The notes: generated from the sequence alone by a model not told the origin. A stretch of DNA of 64,000 nucleotides from Longimicrobiales bacterium (GCA_965249725.1 CBDFMQ010000002.1:1504001-1568000); one strand, 5' to 3'. Counted from the stretch's first letter, positions 1 to 10,773 are shown. A program made the numbers and translations.

Positions 1-235
1 ACACCTCCACCGTCATCGGATAGAGAATCCGTAGGTGGTATCGCACCCCTACCTCTGCCATCACGTACCGCACGTCGTCTATACTCTGCGTGCCCACGAC
101 TTCACCCCAGTACGCCCAACGGGCTTCCTCGAAGTAGATGAGCGCCCTGGAATGATGGGCATGTCCATAGGCATCGATGTCCTGGAATCGGACGCCGACG
201 GGGAGTCGGAACCGGAAGAGGTCAGGATCGGACAT
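1..235 (-). CDS. Acyl-CoA thioesterase (4HBT/YbgC-like hot-dog fold), 5' part; runs off the window
   Basis: Manual minus-strand translation (not in the ORF track): MSDPDLFRFRLPVGVRFQDIDAYGHAHHSRALIYFEEARWAYW..., with a DxDxxGH...YFEEAR motif; AGGAG upstream. Confidence 0.8.
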   Translation of the reverse strand, partial: MSDPDLFRFRLPVGVRFQDIDAYGHAHHSRALIYFEEARWAYWGEVVGTQSIDDVRYVMAEVGVRYHLRILYPMTVEV

Positions 236-360
236 GCATGGCTCCTGGAGCTGTGTTTCGCGGATGGCTCGACGCCCTATTCTCCCGAGACCGTCGTGAG
301 AACGCAAAGGTCTACATCAAACCTCTGGATCTCAGTGGATCCTTGGGCTTAGTCTTCAGA

Positions 361-1266
361 ATGGACAAGCGGACGCTTCCACCCATCCTCAGGAGCCAGA
401 CAGTGCCTCCGTCGCAACCGTCTACTCGCCTGTGGTCCACTCCGGGCCTGTTCGCCGTGCTGCTCGGCTCCTCGATCCTCACCACCGCCTGTGTGTCGGG
501 CGGAGGCCCGCCCTCGTCGATGGTGGTGGCACCGGAGTCCGTTTGGCAGAGCCTGAGGCGGCCACGGCCTCAACCGCTCGCCACGGCCCCCCGCATCTCG
601 GTGGGCGAGGTGATCCTCGTCGGGGGAGCGTGGCCGGAAGAGTCTGCGGTGTCGCACACCATCGGACTCCAAGAGCTCGTGGCCGCTGGCCTCATCCGGC
701 GACGGGACGTTCAGTTCGTGGAACGGAGGAGGTTCTCCGCCGCCGTGGAGCGAGAGGCCCGAGGGTTGCCCCCACTGCGCAACTCGCCAGCCCCGGGGGT
801 CTCGCCCGGCGCCCAGCTCCAACTAGCGGGAAGCTGGATCCCGTCTGGAGGCTCGGCGATCCTGGACCTGAGACTCATCGATGTGGAGACGAGCGCCATC
901 GTGGCAGCGTGGAGGACGACGACCCCGCAGGCAGTCGACCCGACTGCTGTGGCCCGCACCATCGTGGGTTCCACGATCTCTGCCCTCCAGGAGTTGGGGC
1001 GGGTGCCAGCCTGGACCGACCCGCTGGCGAGCGCCAGCATCGCTCCCTCACCCACCGAGTACACTCCCTCTGGCATATCCACCCAAGCGGTCGCCGCGTT
1101 CCTCCGAGGGGTGGCGGCCGAGGACAGGTTCGATTGGGAGACGGCACGTCGCGCCTATCAGCAGGCCATTGAGTCGGCTGGTGCCGGCTTCTTCGAGCCG
1201 GACCTGGCTTTGGCAAGGGTCGCGCGGCTGCGAGCCGGGGGCACGCTGGGCGCCAGCGACGACTAG
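361..1266 (+). CDS. Putative lipoprotein, CsgG/TolB-N-like domain plus C-terminal TPR-like helices
   Basis: Lipobox-like LTTAC; 'VQFVERRRF' and 'LDLRLIDVETSAIVAA' resemble the CsgG/FlgO fold; start uncertain. Confidence 0.5.
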   Translation: MDKRTLPPILRSQTVPPSQPSTRLWSTPGLFAVLLGSSILTTACVSGGGPPSSMVVAPESVWQSLRRPRPQPLATAPRISVGEVILVGGAWPEESAVSHTIGLQELVAAGLIRRRDVQFVERRRFSAAVEREARGLPPLRNSPAPGVSPGAQLQLAGSWIPSGGSAILDLRLIDVETSAIVAAWRTTTPQAVDPTAVARTIVGSTISALQELGRVPAWTDPLASASIAPSPTEYTPSGISTQAVAAFLRGVAAEDRFDWETARRAYQQAIESAGAGFFEPDLALARVARLRAGGTLGASDD

Positions 1267-1351
1267 AGGGTATTCGGAGCAAAGTCCGTAGCCTCGGCGG
1301 AAGACACGCGGTGCCTTCTCGACCTGAAATCTCCCCCCACCCGTCGGAGTC

Positions 1352-3448
1352 ATGTCGAACGGCGACACCCTTCATGTTCTGCTGGTCGAGGACAATCCCG
1401 GAGAACGATGGCTGTTCTCCGAGATCCTGAGATCTCGTGGACATATCGTCGCTGCTTGCGACGATGGAGAGTCCGCGTGGGATGCGTTTCGTGAGCAGCC
1501 CTCGCCTCTCGTTCTCCTCGACCTGGTAATGCCGGGAATCGACGGCCTGGAGCTGACTCGGCGGATCCGAAACAGCCCGGGGGGAGACCAGCCGGTGATC
1601 TTGGTCGTGACCGCGAAGAACGAGCCCGACGTCCTCGAGTCGGTGCTCGAGGCCGGTGCCAACGATTACGTGGCCAAGCCGGTGGACATCGCGCTCCTCA
1701 ACATCCGCCTGGCCGTGGCCGAGCGTGAGGTCCGGACGCAAGCGGAGCGGGCGGCGACTCAAGCCGCGCTGCTGGCCACGACCAGTGAGCTGAGCACGCT
1801 CTTCGAGAGCCTGGACGAGGTCTTCTTCTCTGTGGACGTCCCGGAGGACCGGCTCATCCAGGTCTCACAGGCTGCTCAAGCCGTGCTCGGCGTCACCCCG
1901 AAGAGGCTCCTCGGCGACTCCGACCTCTGGCACGAGTTTCTCTATCCGGCCGCGCTAACTAGCGCAGATTCCACTTTGGCGGGAGTCGCTCCTGGCGAGT
2001 CCTTCACACACAGCTATCAAACACAGACTCCCAAGGGAGAGGATCGCTGGATCGAGGCCACACTGAAGCCTCACCTGGCCGACGACGAAACCCTGCTGCG
2101 CATCGACGGCATCATTTCGGACGTGACGGAACGGCATCGGGCTCAAGCGGAGTTGGCAGCCCAGAATGAAGAGCTGACGACCCTGTACCGGATTTCGGAG
2201 CTGTCTCTCGCGGCGGAGAGCCTAGGTGGGGCCCTCGATGACATTCTCGAGGAGGTGAGCCGCGCCACCCGCTGTCCCATCGTCGTCATCGAACGTTACG
2301 ACGCGGAGCGGGACGCCATGGTCTTCATGGCTAGCAAGGGGGTTCCCCTGCCCGAGGACGGGGAACCCATCGTCATTCCCGTGCACAAGACTCTGTCGGG
2401 ATTGGCGGTCCAGAAAGCCAAGCCCGTGGTCGAACGAGATGCTCGCTCCAAGAAGCGCCATGCCGACGAGGTTTTCCGCGACCTGGGCATCCAGACGTAT
2501 ATGGCGTTCCCGATGGTGATAGGAGGCGAGGTCGTCGGCACCTTGACGCTCGCCCATACGGAGGAGCTGGAGCCGGACCAGTGGGTGAGTCGCCTGGCGA
2601 CCAGTCTGGCACATACCATTGCCGGGCTCATGGACCGAGTCGGTGCGGCCGAGGCGTTGCGACAGAGCGAGGCGGAGTTCCGGACGCTCGCGGGACAGCT
2701 CCAGCAGGCGAACGATGAACTCGAGGCCTTCGCATACTCGGTCTCGCACGACCTCCGTACGCCGCTGCGCACCATGACCGGATTCGCTCACGCCCTGCTG
2801 GAGACCTTGGGGGAGGATGCGAACAAGGACGCGAAGAACTTCGCCGAGCGAATCATCACTTCGGGTGCCTGGGCCGAAGACCTGATCTCTGACCTCCTGG
2901 ACTACAGCCGCCTTACCTTCGAAGCCCTGGAACTTCAGTCGATCGACCTGAAGGAGGTCGTGGAGTCGGTGCTGGAGCAGGTTGGTCCCGCGCTGAAGAA
3001 CCTCAAGGCTGATATTCAGGTGGATGAGGACCTTCCTACCGTGATGGCCCAGAAGACGATCCTCACACAGATCCTGTCGAACCTGGTGACCAATGCAGCC
3101 AAGTTTGTGCCGGAGGAACGCACGCCCGAGATCGGGATCCGGTGCGAGGAGCGCGAGGAGCACGAGGAGCGCATACGAATCTGGGTAGAAGACAACGGAA
3201 TCGGCGTCCCCGAAGGCCAGGAGGAACGCATCTTCGGTGTCTTCGAGCGACTCGACGAGTCCTCTGAGCGTCCCGGTACCGGCATTGGCCTGGCCATCGT
3301 GCGGCGTGGCATGGAGCGGATCGGCGGAGAGGCGGGAGTCGAGCGGCGGGCGGTGGGAAGCGCCTTCTGGGTCGACATCCCCAGAGAGCTGAAGAGAAGT
3401 TGGAAGCCGTGGATTCGACGGCGGGAACGAACCGACACCGACGTATGA
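1352..3448 (+). CDS. Hybrid sensor kinase REC-PAS-GAF-HisKA-HATPase
   Basis: Receiver motifs VLLVED, LLDLVMP, KP; H-box FAYSVSHDLRTPL; N-box NLVTNAAKF; DNGIG; GTGIGLAIV. Confidence 0.9.
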   Translation: MSNGDTLHVLLVEDNPGERWLFSEILRSRGHIVAACDDGESAWDAFREQPSPLVLLDLVMPGIDGLELTRRIRNSPGGDQPVILVVTAKNEPDVLESVLEAGANDYVAKPVDIALLNIRLAVAEREVRTQAERAATQAALLATTSELSTLFESLDEVFFSVDVPEDRLIQVSQAAQAVLGVTPKRLLGDSDLWHEFLYPAALTSADSTLAGVAPGESFTHSYQTQTPKGEDRWIEATLKPHLADDETLLRIDGIISDVTERHRAQAELAAQNEELTTLYRISELSLAAESLGGALDDILEEVSRATRCPIVVIERYDAERDAMVFMASKGVPLPEDGEPIVIPVHKTLSGLAVQKAKPVVERDARSKKRHADEVFRDLGIQTYMAFPMVIGGEVVGTLTLAHTEELEPDQWVSRLATSLAHTIAGLMDRVGAAEALRQSEAEFRTLAGQLQQANDELEAFAYSVSHDLRTPLRTMTGFAHALLETLGEDANKDAKNFAERIITSGAWAEDLISDLLDYSRLTFEALELQSIDLKEVVESVLEQVGPALKNLKADIQVDEDLPTVMAQKTILTQILSNLVTNAAKFVPEERTPEIGIRCEEREEHEERIRIWVEDNGIGVPEGQEERIFGVFERLDESSERPGTGIGLAIVRRGMERIGGEAGVERRAVGSAFWVDIPRELKRSWKPWIRRRERTDTDV

Positions 3449-3534
3449 ACGCCAGAGCGGCCCCAGCCTAGAGGCTGGAGCCGCTCCGATTCCGAGACCC
3501 GCGTGGGATCTCGAGGGCTCTTCGGGAGCGATCC

Positions 3535-4608
3535 CTACCGGCGAGCCAACCGGACACTCCCGGAGCCCGTATCGATGTTGATCCGGCCCCTGCCATCTCC
3601 GATCGAGCCGACCACGTGATCCCGGTCCGCGCGTCGGATCTGCACCGGGAAGTCCAGGTCGATGCCCCCATTCCCAGACTCCACTTCGAGCTCCGCGCCG
3701 GCCCCTTCCGGTATCCACACGGTCACTGAACCGGACCCCGTGTCCACCATCAAAGTCTCGATGTCCTGCAACAGCTCCACCCGCACACTGCCGCTTCCCG
3801 TGTCCAGATAGACGTCCCCGGACGCCACCTGCTCGAGCTCGATGCCCCCGGAACCGGTATCCACCCGGACGGTCCCGGCGCTGAGATTCAGGCCGGTGAC
3901 GCTGCCGGAGCCCGTATCGACGTTGATCTCGCTACCCCGAACGTCCTCCACGTCGACTCGACCGGATCCCGTGTCCACCTCCACATCCCCCTCGACCCTG
4001 AGCACGGACACCTGGCCGGAACCGGTGTCCACATTCAAAGATCCTTCGATGTCTTGAGCCGTCACCTCACCCGAACCGGTGTCGATGATGAAGTCACCTT
4101 CCACCCCACGGATGTCCGTGGCGCCGACCGCCAGGTAGAGAGCGAATTCCGTCCCGTCAGGGACCTCGATCTCGAGGTCGGCAGAGGCCTCGAGTCCACG
4201 GCCGGAACCGCGGACCTCGACCCGATCCCCACGACTACGACGACCACCATCGTAGAAGGTACCGTCGCTGTTCACCTGCACCGTTGTGCTCGATCCCCTG
4301 CCGAGCTCGGGATATATGATCCGGTCGCTCGGGTAGATCACCCGCAGCGCCTCGGCTCCATCCACTCTGCCGACTTCGATCTCGAGGTCGGCGGCATCGG
4401 ACCCTTGCGTGATCACCCGCACCACCACGTCCGAACCTTGACCTCGTGTGATTCGGGCCTCACCCGCCAGGTTGTATGCGGCCACGTCCCCACCGGAGAG
4501 CCGGAACTCCTCAGAGCTCTGCCCGGCGACGGCCGGTGCCGTGACCATGAGAGCCGCTGCAGCCACCGTCAGGCGAGGGAGCACGCTCCTTAGCGTCATG
4601 TCGTTCAT
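3535..4608 (-). CDS. DUF4097 (putative adhesin) beta-strand repeat protein
   Basis: Signal peptide; many VDTGSG repeats. Confidence 0.8.
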   Translation of the reverse strand: MNDMTLRSVLPRLTVAAAALMVTAPAVAGQSSEEFRLSGGDVAAYNLAGEARITRGQGSDVVVRVITQGSDAADLEIEVGRVDGAEALRVIYPSDRIIYPELGRGSSTTVQVNSDGTFYDGGRRSRGDRVEVRGSGRGLEASADLEIEVPDGTEFALYLAVGATDIRGVEGDFIIDTGSGEVTAQDIEGSLNVDTGSGQVSVLRVEGDVEVDTGSGRVDVEDVRGSEINVDTGSGSVTGLNLSAGTVRVDTGSGGIELEQVASGDVYLDTGSGSVRVELLQDIETLMVDTGSGSVTVWIPEGAGAELEVESGNGGIDLDFPVQIRRADRDHVVGSIGDGRGRINIDTGSGSVRLARR

Positions 4609-4626
4609 TACCAGTTTCCTTATCAC

Positions 4627-5619
4627 CTAATGAAGGTGGATGGACCCGTTTACGGTCTTGAGGCTGAGCTCCGGGCCGCCTTCACCAAGAGCACCTCGTG
4701 CCGCGTGCTTGGACAAGCGTCCCACCAGCTCGAGCGGCAGATCGGCTTCCAGGCTCCCGTTCACCCACTTGGCGTCCACATCTGCGTCGATGTCATCGGG
4801 CACGTCGAGGGTGATGCTCCCGTTCACCGTGGAGAAGCTCAATCCGCGCTGGACATCGAAGCTGCCCATGGCCGCCTCGATGGACCCGTTCACGGTGTTG
4901 GCCTCCGCATAGCCGGTGGTCGCGATCTCGATGTCGCCGTTGACCGTATGGGCGTTCACGTCAGAAGAGAGATCGTTCACCTCGACATCTCCGTTCACGG
5001 TGCGGCCTCGGAACTCGACTCCAGCGGGCACCTTCACGTAGAAGGTCACCTGCACGTCGTTGTTGCGGACGTTGTTGCGTCCACCAGAACCAGGCTCACA
5101 CGAGTTCTCTTCCCCCCGCGACGAGGGATAGACGGCGCAGACCGTGACCCCGTCCGAGTGCTCGATGACCTCGATTCTCACTTCGTCCGGGTCGTTTCGG
5201 CGGGCCCTCTTCTCGGCACGCACTTCGATCTCCGAGCCATCTGCCAACTCGGCGATCACGTCACCGTTCACGCCCTTGATCTCGATCGACTCGCCGGTGG
5301 AAACTGCGCCGCTCCAAGTGAAGTCGCCGACCTGTTGGGCCCCCTGCTGGGCCCCCGTGTCGCGCACCCTGACGTCCACCTCGACGTGGGTGTCACGCGC
5401 ACTACGGGTATCGCCGGTATCCCGGTCGTGGCTACGGCCGAAGAAGCTGCCCAACTTGTGGCTGACGGCCATGGCGACCCTCTCAGCTTTGTGCGCGACC
5501 GCCCTCGATCCGTCGATCAGTCCACCCGACATCGCGTTCCCGCTCCGCGCCTGGGCAACAGTAAGCACCCCCGCGGCCACGATAGCGGCCATCGCCGCCA
5601 TCCGATTCACACCCTTCAT
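4627..5619 (-). CDS. DUF4097 beta-strand repeat protein
   Basis: Signal peptide after an AAGGAGG RBS; repeated TVNG motifs. Confidence 0.8.
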   Translation of the reverse strand: MKGVNRMAAMAAIVAAGVLTVAQARSGNAMSGGLIDGSRAVAHKAERVAMAVSHKLGSFFGRSHDRDTGDTRSARDTHVEVDVRVRDTGAQQGAQQVGDFTWSGAVSTGESIEIKGVNGDVIAELADGSEIEVRAEKRARRNDPDEVRIEVIEHSDGVTVCAVYPSSRGEENSCEPGSGGRNNVRNNDVQVTFYVKVPAGVEFRGRTVNGDVEVNDLSSDVNAHTVNGDIEIATTGYAEANTVNGSIEAAMGSFDVQRGLSFSTVNGSITLDVPDDIDADVDAKWVNGSLEADLPLELVGRLSKHAARGALGEGGPELSLKTVNGSIHLH

Positions 5620-5680
5620 TCTTCCTCCTTGACCCGCAGCCATGCGCCGACCGAAGGGTCCGGCGCTCCCCATAGAACTC

Positions 5681-6544
5681 TCATCGATCGGGCGTGCCGC
5701 TATCACGCAGCAGGCGGATGGCCCCGTCGAATGCCTGCAACCGCACCCGGGCCCCACCTCCACCCAACTCGAAACTCAACTCTCTACCGCTCTCCAACCT
5801 CTGAAGCAGGATCGGGAATTCCGTCTCGAACTCCCCGTCGTACGTGGCGACCGACACGTCCGCGTTCACGTCCCCCTGAACTTCGAACGAGATGTCACCG
5901 TCGTGGGTCACCAGCTCGTACTCACCATCGGAATGCACCGATCCCGAGAAGTGGATATGACCGTCCACGGTGCTGGCGGACACGATTCCGGCATCCACAT
6001 CCACGAGATCGATATCGCCGTCATTGGCGTCGATGTAGAGATCCCCCTGGACGTCGCGGAGGCTCACGTCATCGTCCAACGACGTGAGTTCGAACCGTCC
6101 ACTCGACTGTCTCACCTCCATGAAGCCCTCGAGAGTCCTCGCCACCACCTCACCCGTGTGGTCTCGCACGGAGACGTCACCCTCCCGGGTCGTCACCTCC
6201 AGCGCCGCACGCAGCCCCTCGACCGTCACGTCCAACTCCCTCCCGCGAATCTCCACCTCGAGCCATGCCGGCACGAGCACCACATAGGACCGATGTCGGT
6301 CCCTCCCCTTCCGATCGGAGGCACGAATTTCGATGCGACCTCCCGTTCGGTCGATGCTTATCGGAGCACCGCGCCGTTCCTCGAACTCGACACTCACTTC
6401 CGACCGGTCCCACGTCCGTACGTCGAGATCGCCCGAAAAGTTTTCGATGACGATGACATCGCCGCGCCGCACCGACACGACCGTGTCAGCCGGCGGTGGG
6501 ACGACTACCAAGATGCCTGTGAGAAGCGCCGCGATCATCGTCAC
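5681..6544 (-). CDS. DUF4097 beta-strand repeat protein
   Basis: Signal peptide; repeated T/N-x-D/E-G-D motifs. Confidence 0.75.
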   Translation of the reverse strand: MTMIAALLTGILVVVPPPADTVVSVRRGDVIVIENFSGDLDVRTWDRSEVSVEFEERRGAPISIDRTGGRIEIRASDRKGRDRHRSYVVLVPAWLEVEIRGRELDVTVEGLRAALEVTTREGDVSVRDHTGEVVARTLEGFMEVRQSSGRFELTSLDDDVSLRDVQGDLYIDANDGDIDLVDVDAGIVSASTVDGHIHFSGSVHSDGEYELVTHDGDISFEVQGDVNADVSVATYDGEFETEFPILLQRLESGRELSFELGGGGARVRLQAFDGAIRLLRDSGTPDR

Positions 6545-6548
6545 GTCC

Positions 6549-7262
6549 TCAGCCTCTCACCCAGCCAGAGATGTCCGAAGCATCCCTCAGGTAGTCGACC
6601 TTGCGCTCGAAGGCCCGCCCCAAGTGCTCGAGCAGGTACTCGTTGCCCGGATCCGCGGCCAAGGCTTCGCTCGACTCCTCGATGGCACGGTCGATAATGG
6701 CCAGGTTCTTTTCGAGAATGCGCACCGTGTTGGGCGCCAGCTCATCGCGGTGGTCGGCGATGAGGGCCTCGAGCTGCGCCACCTCCTGCGTATAGCCGGC
6801 GAGGGCCGGTCGATCCGCCAGCGAGGCCGGGAGCACCACCGCGGAGGTCTCCGCACCGGCTACGGCACCCGCTTGAGGTGCCATGGGCCGGATAGACCAC
6901 GCAATGGCGCCCGAGGCCATGATCATGATGACGCTCGCCGCCACCAACTGGGTCACGCTGAGCCTGACTCGCCGGTCGACTTCAACCGGATGAGAACCTC
7001 CGATCCGGGCCGACAGATCGATGACCTGCTCGTCCTCCTGAGGCACGGCCTGGATGGCTTGGGCGATCCTGGTCCACAGGTCGTTTGCCGGGGCCGAGTC
7101 CTCGAGGTCACCCGCCCTGGCGACCACGGCTCTCAGTTCCTCCAGCAGCGTCCGACACTCCCCGCATGCAGCCAGGTGTGCCTCGACCTCCAGGCGCTCG
7201 GCCTGCTGCAGGTCGCCGTTCAGATAGTCCGACAGTTCGTCGGTCCAGTGTCTTTCCGTCAT
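6549..7262 (-). CDS. Zinc-finger (zf-HC2) membrane anti-sigma factor
   Basis: HLAACGEC motif, one transmembrane helix, directly downstream of an ECF sigma gene. Confidence 0.85.
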   Translation of the reverse strand: MTERHWTDELSDYLNGDLQQAERLEVEAHLAACGECRTLLEELRAVVARAGDLEDSAPANDLWTRIAQAIQAVPQEDEQVIDLSARIGGSHPVEVDRRVRLSVTQLVAASVIMIMASGAIAWSIRPMAPQAGAVAGAETSAVVLPASLADRPALAGYTQEVAQLEALIADHRDELAPNTVRILEKNLAIIDRAIEESSEALAADPGNEYLLEHLGRAFERKVDYLRDASDISGWVRG

Positions 7263-7309
7263 GGGTCTCTTCCTCAGGTCGGCTTACCGTGCCCTGATCC
7301 CCTTCGTCA

Positions 7310-7843
7310 TCAATCCAAGAACGTCCGTAACATCATGCGAGCGCGGTGGAGTTGGGACTTCGAGGTCCCGGTGCTGATCCCCATGCGCGTCGCAATCTCC
7401 TGATGGCTGTATCCCTCCACGTCGTAGAGGACGAATACCTCCCTCGCCCCCTCGGGAAGCCCCCCGACCGCCCTGTCGAAATCCAGGCCGAATCCGGGAA
7501 TGCCCTGTCGCCCCGACATCCTCTCCAGCATCTCCTGACCGCCCCCCCGCCTCGACTCCCGCTTCCGGAGGCTCTCTCGCCGAGTCAGGATCAGGTTCAC
7601 CGCCAGCCGGTGCAGCCAGGTCCCGAACGCCGATTCACCTCTGAACGTCGGCAGCTTCTGCCAGGCACGGATGAAGACCTCTTGGGTCAGATCATCCGCG
7701 ACATCATCGCCTGCCATTCGCCGAGCGAGGCTGTGAATCCTGGACACACTGCCATGATACAGTCGCTCGAAAGCGGCCGAAACTCCTGATGCGGCCAGAG
7801 TGACATCATTGCCCTCAGCCTTCATGGTGGCTCGGACGGCCAA
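7310..7843 (-). CDS. ECF RNA polymerase sigma factor
   Basis: Region 2 DDLTQEVFIRAW...FGTWLHRLAVN; region 4 GYSHQEIA...GTSKSQLHRAR. Confidence 0.92.
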   Translation of the reverse strand: MAVRATMKAEGNDVTLAASGVSAAFERLYHGSVSRIHSLARRMAGDDVADDLTQEVFIRAWQKLPTFRGESAFGTWLHRLAVNLILTRRESLRKRESRRGGGQEMLERMSGRQGIPGFGLDFDRAVGGLPEGAREVFVLYDVEGYSHQEIATRMGISTGTSKSQLHRARMMLRTFLD

Positions 7844-8003
7844 ATCGTTCAGCTCTCAGTACCGGCTCGAGGTTTGTCTTCCCAAACACTTGGACATCTC
7901 CCACCCCTCGGGGGTTGGAACACCACCGCCTTGCGTAGGCGGAGCAGCAGGCGCGACCATTCGACACCCGCTGATCATAACTCCTACGGCATTGAGGTCG
8001 CTC

Positions 8004-8354
8004 ATGTTGTTTGCAGCACTGCCACTCCTCCAGGCCCCGCCGATCATGCCCATCGATCTGACGGCCCTCCTCGCCGTGTTCATGGGCATCTCCATCGTGC
8101 TCATACCGGTGTTGGGCATCACTGCGCGGTTCGCCTTGAAGCCGACGGTCGAGGCGTTGAGTCGCTTCTTCGATCGCAAAGGAGACGAAGAAGTGGTGTC
8201 GATCCTGGAGCGTAGGATGGCGCTGATGGAGCAGCAGATCGAGTCGATCGAGGCGAACGTCCATCGGCTGGTCGAAATGAACGAGTTCCATCACGAGCTG
8301 CAGTCGCCGGCCAAGGACCAGGCGCAACTCCCCGCCGGCAGCGATGGAGAGTAG
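8004..8354 (+). CDS. Small membrane protein with a coiled coil
   Basis: Transmembrane helix then LERRMALMEQQIESIE; GAGGT upstream. Confidence 0.55.
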   Translation: MLFAALPLLQAPPIMPIDLTALLAVFMGISIVLIPVLGITARFALKPTVEALSRFFDRKGDEEVVSILERRMALMEQQIESIEANVHRLVEMNEFHHELQSPAKDQAQLPAGSDGE

Positions 8355-8355
8355 G

Positions 8356-9084
8356 ATGCCCGAGATTATAGGGCACCGCGGTTACGCCGCGGCGGCCCCG
8401 GAGAACACGCTCGCCTCCCTCGAGGCGGCCCTCGCGGCCGGCGCGCGCGCGGTCGAGTTCGACCTGCACGTGGCCTCGTGCGGGACGCCTGTGTTGTTCC
8501 ACGACGTGAATCTCGGCCGTACCACCAACGGAGTGGGACCGGTGCGACGCCGGACGCTGGGCCAACTGCAGGCCATGGACGCCGGCAAGTGGTTCTCGCC
8601 CGAGTTCGCCGGAGAGAAGGTCCCTTCGCTGACCGAAGCCCTCGACGCACTCGGCGGGCGCGTCGACCGCATCTATCCAGAGGTAAAAGGGTTCCGAGAA
8701 CTCGAAGACCTGGACCGCATGGTGCGCCTGGTCCGTGAGTCCGGGCTCGGCGATATCACCACGTTCATCAGCCTGGACTGGAATATCCTCGACCGCATCC
8801 GCAGCCAGGACCCGGGCTTGGGCATCGGCTTCATCATCGACACGGCGGATCGGTTCGATGACGGGCTCGAACGGGCGACGAACGATTCGAATGCCATTCT
8901 CGATCTGAGTCACCTGCTCGCCCTCGAGGACCCGTCCACGGTTGGGCGGGCGAAGGACGCCGGGATCGACGTGGCGGTCTGGACCGTCAACGAGCCGGAA
9001 GAGGCCACCCGCCTCGCGGAAGCCGGAGTCACGCGCTTCACCACCGACCAGGTCGAGCGACTGCTCGCCTGGGCCGGCGCCTGA
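8356..9084 (+). CDS. Glycerophosphodiester phosphodiesterase
   Basis: IIGHRG, PENT, VEFD, HD and WTVN motifs. Confidence 0.9.
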   Translation: MPEIIGHRGYAAAAPENTLASLEAALAAGARAVEFDLHVASCGTPVLFHDVNLGRTTNGVGPVRRRTLGQLQAMDAGKWFSPEFAGEKVPSLTEALDALGGRVDRIYPEVKGFRELEDLDRMVRLVRESGLGDITTFISLDWNILDRIRSQDPGLGIGFIIDTADRFDDGLERATNDSNAILDLSHLLALEDPSTVGRAKDAGIDVAVWTVNEPEEATRLAEAGVTRFTTDQVERLLAWAGA

Positions 9085-9099
9085 CCGCGCGGACCTGAC

Positions 9100-10773
9100 A
9101 TGTCTCCTTCCTCGTTCACGGACTCCACTGGGCGACAGGAGGCCCTCGCGGGCTTGGGCCGTCAGCACTTCGATCTCCTCATCATCGGCGGCGGTATCAC
9201 CGGCTGTGGAATCGCTCGTGACGCCGCTCTCCGAGGCTGGACCGTTGCGCTCGTAGAGAAGGAGGACTTCGGATTCGGCACCTCCAGTCGCTCATCGAAG
9301 ATCGTCCACGGCGGCGTCCGATACCTCGAGTACGGGCACTTCCTCCTGGTGAGGGAGTCGGCTCAGGAACGTGAGGTGTTGCGGAAGATCGCCCCCCATC
9401 TGGTGCACCCCCTGGCATTCATGTACCCGGTCTTCGAGGGCGAAAGCGTCATGAAGATCAGGGCCGGACTGACCGTGTTCGATTTCCTGGCGAGCAACGA
9501 AGCTGAGGACAGGCACTCGAACCTCTCTCCCGAGGAAGTCCGCGAACAGCTTCCGGGACTCCGCGAGAAGCTCAAGGGGGGCGTTCGTTATCTCGAGTAC
9601 ATCACCGACGACGCCCGCCTGACGCTGGAGAACGCCCAGTCGGCGGCCGAGCACGGGGCGCTGGTTGTCAATCATGCCCGGGCAGACCAGTTGAGGATGG
9701 AGGAGGGTCGAGTGACGGGCTGTCGGGTTACGGACATGCTCGACGGCACCTCCGTGGAGGTGACGGCTCGGGTAGTCGTGAATGCCACGGGGGTCTGGTG
9801 CGACGAGGTCTTGGCAGGGGAATCGATCGAGACGGAGTACCCCCTCATCCCCAGCAAGGGCATCCACATTCTGCTGCGGGCCGAGCGACTCCCCATAACG
9901 GGAGCGACGTTTCTGCGTGCCACCAACGGGAAGCGCGGGCTCGCGATGCGGCGGTTGGACTACGTGTACGTGGGGACGACGGACACCGAATACGACGGTC
10001 CGTTAGACCGGCCCCGGGCCACGAGAGCCGATGTCGATGAGGTTCTCGAGATGACCAAAGACTGCTTTCCCGATCAGAATCTCACGCACGACGACATACT
10101 GGCTACGTGGGCAGGGATTCGGCCCCTGATCTTCGAGGAGGGGAGGAGCACTCGGGATACATCTCGCGAAGATGCCGTGTGGCACTCCCCTCCAGGTCTG
10201 ATCAGCATCGCTGGGGGAAAGCTCACGACATACCGGACGATGGCGCACAGGATTCTCGCCATTGCCGACGCAGAGTTGCCCCCGGTTGCGGGCCTTCCAG
10301 GGCGCACCGCAGTGGTACCCCTGCCCGGGGCGGACGTGGGCCCCGATGGGATGGAGGCGTTCCGTGCAGACCGTGGTCGGACTCTCCTGGACATGGGTGT
10401 TCCCCAGACGACCGTCGATCGGCTCTGCTGGCTCTACGGCAAGCAGCTGGACGACTTCATCGCCCTCGCGGTCGAAGACGCGTCCTGGCTCGAACCACTG
10501 CATCCCGATGTCCCCGCCATCAGAGCCGAGGTTCGCAACGCCGTGACCCACGAGATGGCTCAGACGCTCACGGACTTCATGGACCGCCGAGCGGCCCTAC
10601 TTCTGTTCAGCAAGGACTTCGGACTCGCGGCCGCGGAACCGACAGCCCACATCATGGCCCACGAGCTAGGATGGAATACCGACCGCAGGACGCAGGAGCT
10701 GGAGGATTATCGTATTCTCGCCTCCGAACACGGACTTCCGACGGAGGGACCCGCCGAGGGACCCGCCGAGTGA
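9100..10773 (+). CDS. glpD: FAD-dependent glycerol-3-phosphate dehydrogenase
   Basis: GGGITGCG, GTSSRSSKIVHGGVRYL, GGKLTTYR. Confidence 0.9.
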   Translation: MSPSSFTDSTGRQEALAGLGRQHFDLLIIGGGITGCGIARDAALRGWTVALVEKEDFGFGTSSRSSKIVHGGVRYLEYGHFLLVRESAQEREVLRKIAPHLVHPLAFMYPVFEGESVMKIRAGLTVFDFLASNEAEDRHSNLSPEEVREQLPGLREKLKGGVRYLEYITDDARLTLENAQSAAEHGALVVNHARADQLRMEEGRVTGCRVTDMLDGTSVEVTARVVVNATGVWCDEVLAGESIETEYPLIPSKGIHILLRAERLPITGATFLRATNGKRGLAMRRLDYVYVGTTDTEYDGPLDRPRATRADVDEVLEMTKDCFPDQNLTHDDILATWAGIRPLIFEEGRSTRDTSREDAVWHSPPGLISIAGGKLTTYRTMAHRILAIADAELPPVAGLPGRTAVVPLPGADVGPDGMEAFRADRGRTLLDMGVPQTTVDRLCWLYGKQLDDFIALAVEDASWLEPLHPDVPAIRAEVRNAVTHEMAQTLTDFMDRRAALLLFSKDFGLAAAEPTAHIMAHELGWNTDRRTQELEDYRILASEHGLPTEGPAEGPAE

